Shown: positions 43,032 to 54,321, numbered from the whole stretch's first letter. The stretch: 62,857 nt of DNA, filler included, from Trichomonas gallinae (GCA_008369845.1; 6 parts of 6 records of this genome joined end to end with filler, not necessarily neighbours in it); one strand, 5' to 3'. Notes: generated by a model from the sequence alone, not told the origin. Made by a program: numbers and translations.

Positions 43032-43538
43032 GTTCAATAGATATCAAATTTAATTGAATATTAATTATATTATTTTTATATAATTGTTTTGTTTGTTAAG
43101 TAAATTTGTTTTGTATGTTTGTATTATATGCTTTTTGATAACAAAAGGAAATAGATGAGAGGTGAGAACTATGTATCATAATTAAAGCATATGTTGTAGT
43201 TATGAATCATGAAGTTTTGGTAAGGAAGTTAAAATATTCAAAACTACTGTATATGGTATTATCATTGCATTTTTCCGTGTCATTTCAATGAATTATTTGC
43301 TAATCTTGTGCAATATATCTGTATAAATTATTAATTTCGATTATTAGTTGCATGTATATACATGAATGCATTTCATTCGTATAGTACCAATAATTTAAAT
43401 TGTTCTAACTGATAGGCGCATTTTCTGGTACTTAGATAACATAACAGAAAAGTTTTTATAACTTACAATTAGACAAGTATGACATCAATTCCGATTTCAT
43501 AAATCAAGTGCGAGCTTTAAACCCGTATTTAAATGCTG

Positions 43539-45089
43539 TTAACTGTGTATAACAAGAATAACAAGAACAACTAATATTGAAAATAATAAATAAAAAAATA
43601 TAACATTCTGAACGACCTCGTTTTTCGCAAATTGTTTTAATATCGATTCATTCTGTACAGTTTTAGGTCGCAGTATGGATAATCTTTTAATATTATCGAC
43701 CATTCGTTCTTGTTCAGGATTAAGTCTCAGTTTCGGCCCTAATAAAAATCCAAATAAATCCTTTCTTATATCTAAAACATCTATTTCATCTAGAAACTCT
43801 TGATCAAAAGGACCAGCTTCGAAAAATGCTGAAAACTCTGGATAATTATCCATCATGATCAATGTTGAAATATCTATTGAAATTTCACGCTGAATATCTT
43901 CGGTTGAATTATCATATAATGCTTTCATTAACTGGGCAATCATTGATACATATTGTTCTGCTATACCACTTTTGGATGCGATTCTAGTCCATTGTAAAGT
44001 TCGACGCACAAATAGTTTTACCCAATTCATTTCTTGTTGAATAAAAATGGAATATTTCTGTATGAACCTAATAAGTGTAAAACACCATATTGGCTCTGAT
44101 AGTGCTATATTCAAAAAAAATTGAACAATTGATGAGGATTTTTGTAAATCTCGACGTCTTGATAGAATTTCGTCAATAATATCAAACATCTCAATTGTGT
44201 ATTGAAATTTAGATTGAATAAGAATCTTTAAATAGCATATCTCATCAAATTCAGGATATGAATTTCGTAAAACATGAAAAGATGCTTTGAAAAGGAAATG
44301 TGATGGATTGAATGTAGATAAAAATTCGACAAGGAATTTTTTGAAATCTGATTTCGGATAGTATGCATTAACTTTGCGAAATATTTGATTTAATAATCTT
44401 AATAGGTAGATTTGGAATTCTGGTTTTGAAACTTTGCAGATTTGCATATAATCGTGAATTGTTCTGCCTACAAAATAGTTAAATCTATTGTCTTCTGGTG
44501 GATAATTTGAAATTAAATTTGTAATTAACTCAAACACTAGCATTCTTATTTGACTCAATGTTTGTATCCCTTGAATTTTGGTTTGGTTAATGAATGGATG
44601 AAAGCAGTCTATTAGTCTTTGAAATATTTCGATCGAAATTAATGTTTCGGAGTTTGCGGATATTTGTATCAAATGCTGTAAAAATATTATAGGGTCATTG
44701 ATTCTCAAGCAGTAATCCCAAATTTCATTCAACTGAATTAGATTTTTGTGCATGATCAGACTATTCTTATTGTTTTGATCTAAATTATTCAGCAAAAATA
44801 CATCTCTAATGTCAATGTTTGAATTATTTTCTGTCGATTTCATTGAATATTGTAGTAACGGCACTTGTTTAGATATATTTTTCAGATTTGCATCAATAAC
44901 TTTTGTTAAGGGTCGGTTATTTGTATGTATCTTGATAGGATCTGTTAATTTATCAATCATATTTGTGCTCGAATAGAATTGTTCAATATTTTGAAAATCG
45001 GTATCATCTAGCGTAAGATCACCCCCAGGATCATTGTTAATATCTTCCGACTGAAAGGATGAATCACATAAAATCCCAAAAGATGACAT
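43539..45089 (-). CDS. Hypothetical helical protein with a C-terminal transmembrane anchor
   Basis: First ATG is at 45089, about 20 nt after TGTCACTTTT (Inr-like). C-terminus VIFFYLLFSILVVLVILVI is hydrophobic. Confidence 0.75.
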   Translation of the reverse strand: MSSFGILCDSSFQSEDINNDPGGDLTLDDTDFQNIEQFYSSTNMIDKLTDPIKIHTNNRPLTKVIDANLKNISKQVPLLQYSMKSTENNSNIDIRDVFLLNNLDQNNKNSLIMHKNLIQLNEIWDYCLRINDPIIFLQHLIQISANSETLISIEIFQRLIDCFHPFINQTKIQGIQTLSQIRMLVFELITNLISNYPPEDNRFNYFVGRTIHDYMQICKVSKPEFQIYLLRLLNQIFRKVNAYYPKSDFKKFLVEFLSTFNPSHFLFKASFHVLRNSYPEFDEICYLKILIQSKFQYTIEMFDIIDEILSRRRDLQKSSSIVQFFLNIALSEPIWCFTLIRFIQKYSIFIQQEMNWVKLFVRRTLQWTRIASKSGIAEQYVSMIAQLMKALYDNSTEDIQREISIDISTLIMMDNYPEFSAFFEAGPFDQEFLDEIDVLDIRKDLFGFLLGPKLRLNPEQERMVDNIKRLSILRPKTVQNESILKQFAKNEVVQNVIFFYLLFSILVVLVILVIHS

Positions 45090-45360
45090 TATATAATTTG
45101 AATTTCCAAAAGTGACAAAGATATATAAATTTTTCAAAATTGAACTTCTAAATAATTTTATAAGGCATATTAATATGCAACATTATTGTTTCAAAATAAA
45201 TTTCGTGCAAAAAACTTCAATTTATTCCCAACTCAAGTGTTAAGTAATTTGATCATTAGAATCATATTCTAAACATTGAATGTAATTGCTCCTATTCTTA
45301 AAATTCTTAGTGTATCAAATATCTCTCTAATTTATTACACACAAAAATATATAGAATACA

Positions 45361-46266
45361 TTATTCCTCGAAATCCGCGCTATTAAGAGCTTTGAGCAAA
45401 TTACGCTGCATTTCGTTTGGCATTATAGGCTCGATAAACACAAGAGAAGGTTTAACCATTGCATCCTGAGGCTTTGAATATCTTAAAGATCTCCATTGCG
45501 AAGCTGGTAAAGACTTAAAGAAATCCTGGTTATAGAATTTAGAAGGAGAAGGAGAATAATATGGCCAAAATCCAGTTCTAATCTGCGAAAATAATCTGAG
45601 ACCAGCCTGGAGGTTTGTGTCTCCTTCCTTAGCAACAACATGTATAACAGAGTCAGTATCACTTAAATAGGTCAGTGCAAATGTTTCCATTAAAGACTGC
45701 GTACTGCACTGTTCTAAGAATATCTTCAAGTATTCGTAATTTAATGTTGGTTTTTGGCTGATTTCAGTAGCTCCTAAAATTGCATGTTCGAAAGTTGTCT
45801 CAAAAAATGCCCAATCTTGAGTAACAATTGTGTCAAAATCTGTAGTATACTTAGAAAGTGTATGTTTTCCTGAATTTTTTAGCCCAGTGATGCAAATCCG
45901 TTTAATATTATTAGTTTTAAGATATTCAATAAGAGGTTCAGCTGATTGTAATGAGCATAGTGCAAATGTTTGGGTTACGGATTGTAAATTTGCAAGCCAG
46001 CCAAGAGCCATTTCACGCGGAATCAAATCAATTTTGTTAAGAACGTAGATAATTTTACCTGAAAACAATTTCTCAAATTGGTGATATCTTCCTGCTTGTG
46101 GTGCACGGGCATCAAGAAGAATAATGATTTTTTCAGATTTAGTTAAATCTTCAAGTAATTCCATGTATTTCTTAAGACCTGCACTCTGAGGTTTAACAAT
46201 TTTTGTTATTCGTCCAGAGTTCTGGCGAATATGTTTGCATCCAGGTTTTTGCTTATCTTTAAACAT
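45361..46266 (-). CDS. Divergent circularly permuted GTPase (YlqF/Nug1/nucleostemin-like)
   Basis: LLDARAP, then VLNKIDL (G4) preceding GLKNSGKHT (G1-like). Confidence 0.7.
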   Translation of the reverse strand: MFKDKQKPGCKHIRQNSGRITKIVKPQSAGLKKYMELLEDLTKSEKIIILLDARAPQAGRYHQFEKLFSGKIIYVLNKIDLIPREMALGWLANLQSVTQTFALCSLQSAEPLIEYLKTNNIKRICITGLKNSGKHTLSKYTTDFDTIVTQDWAFFETTFEHAILGATEISQKPTLNYEYLKIFLEQCSTQSLMETFALTYLSDTDSVIHVVAKEGDTNLQAGLRLFSQIRTGFWPYYSPSPSKFYNQDFFKSLPASQWRSLRYSKPQDAMVKPSLVFIEPIMPNEMQRNLLKALNSADFEE

Positions 46267-46751
46267 TTAATTAATCGTTCTTTTTTCAAACTTGATCCCG
46301 ATAAATGTTTGGGGCTTCGCCAAAATTTTAGAATAAAATTCAGGCTGGCATACTGTACATAGAGTTCACCTATTTATTACATTTTATTCGTATAATTTAT
46401 AAACTCTAAACTAGTTTGAGTTCTGAGGATTGATGATTCAATTTATATTTTACATTCAAATTTAATTATGTGATCTTTATCAATAACTCCGTGATATATG
46501 ATGCTTTAAATCTAAAAAATAGCAATTATAGTTGAAAAATATTACAAAAAATTATTTTTCGACTGTAAGCAAGGCATAATTTAATATATCAATTATAATT
46601 TCGTCATTGTAGTGTTCTTAATGTGTTCTGTCAGCAAAATGATTGGGGTATATATAAGTAATAATATATAAGTTTTTGTGATATACTATTGTATTTATAT
46701 TTGTTAAACTAAGTCTCATTGACAGAACTTCATATCGATATACATACAAAT

Positions 46752-48560
46752 TTAAAATCCAAACTGACTAGAAAGTTGAACTTTCTCAAGAACGAACTTT
46801 TGATCAGGGAAAAGCATTTCGAGAAGTGCTGAAACATTATCAAATATTTCGGCCATTGCATCTCTTTTCTCCTCTTCTTCTTGTAATCTTTCATGCAAAT
46901 CGAGCAAGTCACCTGCGCGTTGGAACTTGATGACATAATTTGGAATTCCACCAAGAAGTGGGATATCAATCTTCATCGGCGAGTTGCCTTGAGTTTCAAC
47001 AACAAATGATTTTGAAAGCATAGAAAATTCATCAATTATGTCATAAGATGTGAGCACAGTGGATAGACTAATGATGCTCGGTCCCTCTTTAACAAACGGT
47101 ATGCATAATGGTGAGAAGCTAGATTGTTTACCGATTGTTGCAATATAATAATTTGATGCAAGTGTGTTGAGAACAATATCAGATAAAAAGGCAGCAGTGT
47201 CATCTTCAAACCTATGGATTGTAATATCGGACGAATCTATATTATCGGCAATATAAAGTAGCTTTTTAATGCTAAAAGCTTCTATTAAAAGTTGCGGAAC
47301 AGACCATATGCATTCACTGAGATAGGTATTATCATTTGACTCGAACGCATCGGTTAAGTAGTTTAAGACTCCAGAAATCTTCGATTTAATTTGTGCTCTA
47401 ACTTCGCTGTCAAAACATGAATCATTAAACAGAAGTTTCTGTGGATGAGAATCAGGGATCTTTTTGAGATATTCAGCGGCTTCTATTGCAGCGCGTTCGT
47501 AGATAGGAAACTCTAACGCAATAGATTTACATGTAGCATCAACGAGACTGTGATACATGATTTGTGGATCATCATTGACAATTTTTCTTAGATCTAACGG
47601 CAAGATTAACACTCCTTTCCACTCATTTGCAATTCCAAGTGTTTTTGCAGCTTCAACAGCAGCCAAATATAGCATAGTTGAGCGGCCGGATTTATTTGGG
47701 CCATAGATGAATATATTAAAAGTGTGATAAATGTATTTCGCAAGAACGCGCGTGCATCTGCTAAATCCCTTTTGCTTTATATGTTCAATAATATCTGTCA
47801 TGAATTTGATCTCTTTGGGATCAATATTAAATTCTTGCGAAACGAGTTCTTCGACTCCACTGACCCAATATTTTGCCTGTTCATTCTCAATGTTAAACAT
47901 TTTAGTAATTTCATCTTTCTGCAATTGTTCGAATGCATTAAAAATTTTATCATAGTCGGCACCTAAAGTGTTCCATTGAGAAAGAGTTGACATCATTGAA
48001 TTAGATCCTGATGAAACATCATCAATTGTAACCCTACTCAATTTTGTAGGTGAATATACATATTTCCTTAATTGCTGTTCCAAACTCTCATTTGATTTCT
48101 TTATGATTGATTTTTTGACAGAAGGCTTATCCTTTTTAGAATCATCAACTTTTTGATTGTTATCTGCAGGACCAAAATCAAATTTTATTGCAACTTCTTG
48201 AATATTTTGTGGTTCGAGATTTTCTGTAAGATCTGCTTCAACAGTATACATATTTGTAGCGCCACGGTACTTTTTGATATTCTTTAATTGCTCTTGTGGT
48301 ACAGATTGATGCAATAAAGAATTCGAATCGACGATTTCAAGTTCCAAAGTCGCGCCAGCATGAACTCTTGATATTTCTTTTACAAGTCTTCCGTGTTTGG
48401 TCCATATCCTATTGATTGCCTCGTTTTCATTTAAAAATCTTTTGCATGAATTCCGAAATTCTTGGTTATTTTTGCAGAGGAATACTCTCTTTGGTTGCTC
48501 TTCACTTCCTTTGCGGATTACATAAACATAATTTAAAGGCGCAGCTTTGCCTGCTTTCAT
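46752..48560 (-). CDS. Doublecortin(DCX)-like domain plus divergent P-loop NTPase-like protein
   Basis: N-terminal YVIRKG..PKRVFL...INRIWTKHGRLVKEI resembles DCX. Walker-like motifs IYGPNKSGRST and LLYIADNID. Confidence 0.55.
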   Translation of the reverse strand: MKAGKAAPLNYVYVIRKGSEEQPKRVFLCKNNQEFRNSCKRFLNENEAINRIWTKHGRLVKEISRVHAGATLELEIVDSNSLLHQSVPQEQLKNIKKYRGATNMYTVEADLTENLEPQNIQEVAIKFDFGPADNNQKVDDSKKDKPSVKKSIIKKSNESLEQQLRKYVYSPTKLSRVTIDDVSSGSNSMMSTLSQWNTLGADYDKIFNAFEQLQKDEITKMFNIENEQAKYWVSGVEELVSQEFNIDPKEIKFMTDIIEHIKQKGFSRCTRVLAKYIYHTFNIFIYGPNKSGRSTMLYLAAVEAAKTLGIANEWKGVLILPLDLRKIVNDDPQIMYHSLVDATCKSIALEFPIYERAAIEAAEYLKKIPDSHPQKLLFNDSCFDSEVRAQIKSKISGVLNYLTDAFESNDNTYLSECIWSVPQLLIEAFSIKKLLYIADNIDSSDITIHRFEDDTAAFLSDIVLNTLASNYYIATIGKQSSFSPLCIPFVKEGPSIISLSTVLTSYDIIDEFSMLSKSFVVETQGNSPMKIDIPLLGGIPNYVIKFQRAGDLLDLHERLQEEEEKRDAMAEIFDNVSALLEMLFPDQKFVLEKVQLSSQFGF

Positions 48561-49251
48561 ATAATATTTTTTAAACGTATATTAGAATAATGGAAATTTC
48601 TGTTTTCTAATTCGATTGCACATGTGTTAGGCTAGGGATCTCGTTTGGCGCACTTTTGTGGCGCGTTTTAAAGAATAACATTTTTAGACAAATAAAATAT
48701 TTACTAGGCAAAGAGAGTGCCAAACAAAAACGAATATTGTCACTTTTCTTACCACTATTTACATGTCAAATAGGTTATGTATACTAAATCTTATGGGATC
48801 CTTACGGGCGTGCTAGCACTCCTATCATATGAATGGTTGTCATTCTAGTTTGTGAATTTTTACTATACATGTTGAAATGGCGCTAGACTTTAGGCGCCAT
48901 ATGGTTCGCCGGCGCCAAAGGCGGCGCCAATGGTGGAACGATAACGATTATTATGCAAAAAATTACCAATTTTTTTAAAATTTTAGGATTTTTATAGAGT
49001 TTTTTTGAGCTTTTCAGCAAATTTTATATGTGCAAACCTTCATAATTAGAAGCATTACCATATGCTGATTATATTGAGCTAACTCGGTTTTTTCTCTTAT
49101 TTTTAGCGCCACCTAGCGCCATGGCGCAAGATGGCGCCGCATTGAAAATTGAATGCATGGCGCCACTTTGTGCCATGGTGATGGCGGTGCTGCGCCGTGT
49201 GAATGATGCCAGCGTCTCAGATTGCGTTATACAATTCAGTATGTCTTAAAT

Positions 49252-49351
49252 NNNNNNNNNNNNNNNNNNNNNNNNNNNNNNNNNNNNNNNNNNNNTTAAT
49301 TAATTAANNNNNNNNNNNNNNNNNNNNNNNNNNNNNNNNNNNNNNNNNNNN
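49252..49351. other. Assembly gap spacer
   Basis: N44-TTAATTAATTAA-N44. Confidence 0.98.
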
Positions 49352-49723
49352 GATGGTGAACGCCAGCATCCAAAGACACGTTCATCCCGTGCCGGTCTTC
49401 AGTTCCCAGTCGGTCGTCTTCACAGATTCCTTCGTGAAGGCCGTTATGGTGAGCGTGTCGGTGCCGGTGCTCCAGTCTTTATGGCCGCCGTTTTAGAATA
49501 TCTTACAGTCGAAGTCCTCGAACTTGCAGGCAACGCTGCACGTGATAACAAGAAGACACGTATCTCCCCACGCCACATCATGCTTGCCGTCCGTAACGAT
49601 GAAGAACTGAACCAACTCCTTTCCAACATCACAATTGCTTCAGCTGGTGTCGTTCCGCATATCCACAAGGTTCTCCTCGGCAATCCAAAGAAGGGCAAAG
49701 ATGCCTCCCAAACACAAGAGTAA
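49352..49723 (+). CDS. H2A: Histone H2A (5' end lost in the gap)
   Basis: Frame is open from the gap edge: [63 protein letters not shown]... Confidence 0.97.
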   Translation, partial: DGERQHPKTRSSRAGLQFPVGRLHRFLREGRYGERVGAGAPVFMAAVLEYLTVEVLELAGNAARDNKKTRISPRHIMLAVRNDEELNQLLSNITIASAGVVPHIHKVLLGNPKKGKDASQTQE

Positions 49724-50300
49724 ACTGTTTCTATTTGTCATCAACACTATAGGTGAATCTTCACAACAATTTTTTATGATAAAAAAGCAATCGTGTGATT
49801 AGACGCAGAACAGTTCATTTTCATTGAAAATCATAAAGCAATAAAGATGGTGTCAAATATCATCGTTTGAATCTACCAAAAATGAAAAAAAGAAGTCGAA
49901 AGTTGCTCAACATTTTATAATCAACTTCGAGCATCAAGTTTTGTGATTATTATATCATATTTTGATGCTGTTAACCCCTTTTTAATGAAGGAAACGAAAC
50001 AATGATGCAAATTTTAATGTCGAATATCCTAAAGGAAAATCGAATGAAGAAGTTTTAGTTTCTCTAATGCTAATAGGGTGCATACTATACTATCATGTTT
50101 ACCTACTAGGATAGTTCAGTTCTAATTGCTTACGCTAATAGACGCCAAACATTAACTTGGTGAATTTTTGACAAATGTCGGATTTTGTTTTGTGAACCTT
50201 TTGATAAAGGTTATTGAATAGCTCATAAGCTATTGCCCCATTGGTAATGGTCGAAAAATTACGATTGTGAAGTTTTTGACATCATGAGCCATATCATGCA

Positions 50301-50490
50301 TAATAAGCTAATAACATTATACAGTAAGGCTAAATGATACTATATAATAGAGATAAAAGACTAGATTTTTATTTTGAAGTTGAATCATTTTGAATAAAAG
50401 GCAAAACTTTAATGAAGCTAATAATATTGTACAGTAAGGCTAAATGATGCTATGCAATAGAGTTAAAAGGTTGAAGCAGTTGGGTCATTC
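50301..50490. repeat. Diverged duplication with ~110-bp period
   Basis: AAGCTAATAA.ATT.TACAGTAAGGCTAAATGAT.CTAT..AATAGAG.TAAAAG occurs twice. Confidence 0.85.
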
Positions 50491-50710
50491 AAATCAACGA
50501 TCACATACGATTATTTACCGCTCAAAGCGACAAAAATTCCGAAATGTAAATATTTCAAAGAAATGAGATAAACGCAGCGATCATAATTTTTGAGTCGAAA
50601 AAGTGGTTTGTTCGGTGAGGGATGCCAATTACCACGCTAATTTTGATGTTTTACTGTTACTGGATGTAAATTTTCGCGATCGCGAATCAATTGAAAATAT
50701 TTTCAAAAAA

Positions 50711-51733
50711 ATGAGCGTTCGACTCTTGCTATTTGTGTCGGTTAAGAGCGGTGGTGGATTAGGGCAGATCTTAGCTGACTATTTGTTCTGTGATCAAAGC
50801 GTGAAAATCTTCAGACTTCCCAGTGAAGCTCATGAGTGGACAAAACTCGATAAATCGATTCTGCACAATAAGGATTTAAAGGTTGTTATAGCCGGTGGTG
50901 ATGGATCTGTTAACTGGATTGTTTCTTTGCTAGCTCAATACTACGGCTCTGATTCAACTAAATTTAGACCTCCTGTGGCTGTTATTCCATTGGGAACAGG
51001 AAATGATTTGAGTAGGACACTTAGTTGGGGATCATCGTTCACAATGCTTGATTTCATTACACTTGAGGAGAGATTATTTGCAATTCAGAATTCTAAAGAG
51101 ATCAAGAACATTGACTTGTGGAATATTCATATATCCCATCCATTTGGTTATAGTTCGGACTCAAAAATGATCAATTACTTTTCTCTTGGCGTAGATGCAA
51201 ATATTGCGAATGATTTCGCTGAGACAAGAAGGAATTATCCGACAATATTTGTTTCTCACTTCCTCAGCAAGTCAATGTATATTCCATTAACATTGCTCTC
51301 GCTATTCAATCAACCGAATTTGGAAGATTTCCTCACAGGATCAATGAAAATGAAGAACAGTAAGATAAAAAAGCTTGGTTTCCACGATGAATCGAAAACA
51401 TTCGTTGTTCAAGCGATACCATTCATTTATGGAGGAGCTGATCTCGTTAAAGATAAAAATCACAGATTTGTTGATGATGGATATTTTGAAGTTATCACAC
51501 AAGGTGGTGTTTTATCCCTTGGTGCTTCCCATATCGGCATCAACCTCGGCAAGCAAATTGGACAAGGAAATAATTTGCATTTAGAAACAAACAAAGAAAT
51601 GTGCTATCAAATAGATGGAGAAGCTTTCCGTGCCAAGCCACATACTACATTCGACATCCAAAGGGTTGGCTCTTATCCTTTTATTTATAATCCATATTCT
51701 AACAATACTTTCTTCTTTGACTTTAATATATAG
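50711..51733 (+). CDS. Diacylglycerol kinase (catalytic and accessory domains only)
   Basis: KSGGG, AGGDGSV.W, PLGTGNDLSR, NYFSLGVDA, DDGYFEV, QIDGE. First ATG is at 50711. Confidence 0.9.
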   Translation: MSVRLLLFVSVKSGGGLGQILADYLFCDQSVKIFRLPSEAHEWTKLDKSILHNKDLKVVIAGGDGSVNWIVSLLAQYYGSDSTKFRPPVAVIPLGTGNDLSRTLSWGSSFTMLDFITLEERLFAIQNSKEIKNIDLWNIHISHPFGYSSDSKMINYFSLGVDANIANDFAETRRNYPTIFVSHFLSKSMYIPLTLLSLFNQPNLEDFLTGSMKMKNSKIKKLGFHDESKTFVVQAIPFIYGGADLVKDKNHRFVDDGYFEVITQGGVLSLGASHIGINLGKQIGQGNNLHLETNKEMCYQIDGEAFRAKPHTTFDIQRVGSYPFIYNPYSNNTFFFDFNI

Positions 51734-52624
51734 ATTTCTAATCTTTTGTATTTATAAATGTGATGTATATCATGCTATTAAAATCAATAATGAAAAATAT
51801 TTCACTAATTCAAAGATTTCGCAATTTCGCATTAAAATTTATGAATAGATTGAAGAATTGTATATGTGGTTAAAATATCAAAATTCGAAAATTAAATTTT
51901 ACGAAAAAAAAAAAAATATGTAAATCAGCGAACCCAATGTTAACCCAATAATAAGTAGCTTATTCTCATTTATTTATCACTGAAAATAAAGCCATAAATG
52001 AAATATTTTTTCGAAAGGATAAAGATATGGAAATTTCGCGGAGATTATCTCAAACTTTGCAAGTAATACATAGACATGGTGAAGATTGCATCCATAAGAT
52101 AATTTATGATACATTTTTGAGCCCTTATTCACTTGGAATATTAATCAATTGGATAAATGTATTTGACTAATTAAGTACGAAAGTCCAATTTTTATTATAT
52201 ATTATACCTAAATCCTGAAATTCCCGTATTCGTTAGTTAATGATATGGCGTAATAGAGATAAATATAGTTTCACTTTTCCTATATAACTTTAGGTCTTTC
52301 GCTTAACACTTGTCATGAATTTTGAACTGCGCCGCTAAATCACTATTTTTCTTTAATATCTTCATAAATAAGGATTTCACGGTATAAATAAAATAAAGAT
52401 GAAGAAGGAAAAAGGTAGAATCTTGTCTCCGCAACGATGAAGAATTTCAGAGTTGCGATTTTCCAAAAATCTTCGTTTTTCATGAACGCATTGCCGGACA
52501 CAATATAATAGATGGCATAATTTTCGAACCTGGTCGATTTCTTGAAATATTTGATAAAGCTCATAGAAATGTAATTGATAAATCTCATAGAAATAGATTT
52601 CTGTCGTTTTTTGATATTATTATA

Positions 52625-53065
52625 ATGGGGGATAATCAGCTGCCTTTTTATAATGACTATGAATTATATAGCCAAAATGATGGGCCGAGTGTCGCATCCA
52701 GTCAGCCGAACTGTACTGGTATATTAGCACTGCCAACTTCGAGTTTAAGCGCTTATATGGAATCTTTCACGCCAAACTTTAACGAAATGTCTTATGATAC
52801 ATTTGATTTCCAATCGAACACATTCTCATTTAATGATGTCGCTGGCTCAATTGACATAGACGGAGGGTCTTTGAGTTTCCATGAAGCACCAACTGAAAAT
52901 TTGGGTAACTCAAACAAAGACTGCTACGAATCACCTCAGATAGCTGCATTCTGGGAGAGATATAACCAATATCCTCAATATTTGAAGAAGATTAAGAAAC
53001 GAAACAGACAAAAAGCTAAAAAGATGACATCAAAGGCTCCTCAAAAGGCCAATAAGCAAGAGTGA
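52625..53065 (+). CDS. Hypothetical protein, 146 aa (possibly a truncated remnant of a longer frame)
   Basis: ATG-started ORF with coding-like composition and a basic C-terminus. The same frame continues past two stops. Confidence 0.55.
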   Translation: MGDNQLPFYNDYELYSQNDGPSVASSQPNCTGILALPTSSLSAYMESFTPNFNEMSYDTFDFQSNTFSFNDVAGSIDIDGGSLSFHEAPTENLGNSNKDCYESPQIAAFWERYNQYPQYLKKIKKRNRQKAKKMTSKAPQKANKQE

Positions 53066-53778
53066 TTGAAAGTTCTTTCACAAATTGTTGAAATCTGTAT
53101 AAGAGTATAATATATTTTGATAAAGAACAACAAGTCCCGTGGATCCCGTCTTACACAGACTTTAGTGTTCACATTAATACGGTTTACTAATGAAATACTA
53201 GGAGGATTAAGAGAAATATTGGGTTATATCTTGAAAATATGCCCGTTATGCTTAATCCTTACAACATCATGTTCAGATTGTACTATATATCTATCATGTT
53301 ATACAACTCCATTGCAAAAGCAATGGTTATGTTTCTATATTTTTGTTTTTGAATAAAATTTATATGAAACAGCGTGTAGTTCTGCTAATCTTCTCATTTT
53401 TCATCTTTCCAAACGAACTTGAAGATATTTTTTTTCGTGAAATTTTTTTAATCTTCTAAAGATATTCTGTAAATTTGTCTAATCTTTCTTAAAAAATATG
53501 ATTTTTCATCAATTTTCCTTTTTAAAATATAAGTGAATATACACTATTTTATTAATAGATTAAAATTATTCAGGTAAATATGAAAAATATTCAAAAACCA
53601 ATAAGATCCAAATCGATTTCCTATAATAAAATTGTATTTTTAAATATTAAACCTAATAAATATGGATATAACAATAAGATGAATGGTATAAGATAGGTAA
53701 AATGGCTCTAAATCAAGAATTTGTTGAGTTTGATATAAAATTAAACGGTCACTTAAAATTTGTGCTTTCGATTTTTTC

Positions 53779-54321
53779 ATGAATGATGAGGCAAAGTCTC
53801 GTTTATATACAACAATACTCGAAAGCACTGAGAGGACAGACGAAGTATATGAAACCATAGGTCAACACGTGCTTTCTATGTGGAATTCAGAATTAGATAC
53901 AGATAACCTTTCAACAACAGCAATTTCTCCAGATCCACTTAACAGAATTATAGAATTACTCTCTAAATCTAATAACACAATATCACCAGACTCAAAAAAA
54001 GAATTAAAATCTTTATTTGAACAGCTAACACCAGCCGATTACGCTATTTCCGGAAAGGAATTGTGTTTAGCTCTGTTGGAATTGAGCTCATCAGAGAATT
54101 CTTCTAAATCATCTCCGAAGAAAGAAATAAGCTCTCTAAATTCAATCAATATCATTCCATCCAATATAAATCCTACTCCTAAATCAGAAAAAGTTAAAAA
54201 AGTCGCTCAAAAACAACTACCAAATTCAAAGATAATTTCTCAAAAGCAATTGAAGTCCAAACCACCTGCACAACTATACGATAAGTTCCCAGCATGGCTG
54301 CCAACCATGACTGAGTTCTAA
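53779..54321 (+). CDS. Hypothetical protein, 180 aa
   Basis: ATG about 30 nt after an Inr-like TCACTT. U-rich 3' flank. Confidence 0.7.
   Translation: MNDEAKSRLYTTILESTERTDEVYETIGQHVLSMWNSELDTDNLSTTAISPDPLNRIIELLSKSNNTISPDSKKELKSLFEQLTPADYAISGKELCLALLELSSSENSSKSSPKKEISSLNSINIIPSNINPTPKSEKVKKVAQKQLPNSKIISQKQLKSKPPAQLYDKFPAWLPTMTEF

Noticed and set aside
48633..48803. TAGGGATCTCGT / ATGGGATCCTTA as TIRs of a second MITE
   Set aside because: 3 of 12 mismatches, no TSD, and the interior holds ordinary promoter motifs.
52415..52500. 5.8S rRNA-like words (TCTTG.CTCCGCAACGATGAAGAA ... TGAACGCATTGC)
   Set aside because: The spacing between motifs is much shorter than in 5.8S, the intervening sequence does not match, and there is no flanking rDNA. 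An Rfam scan would settle it.
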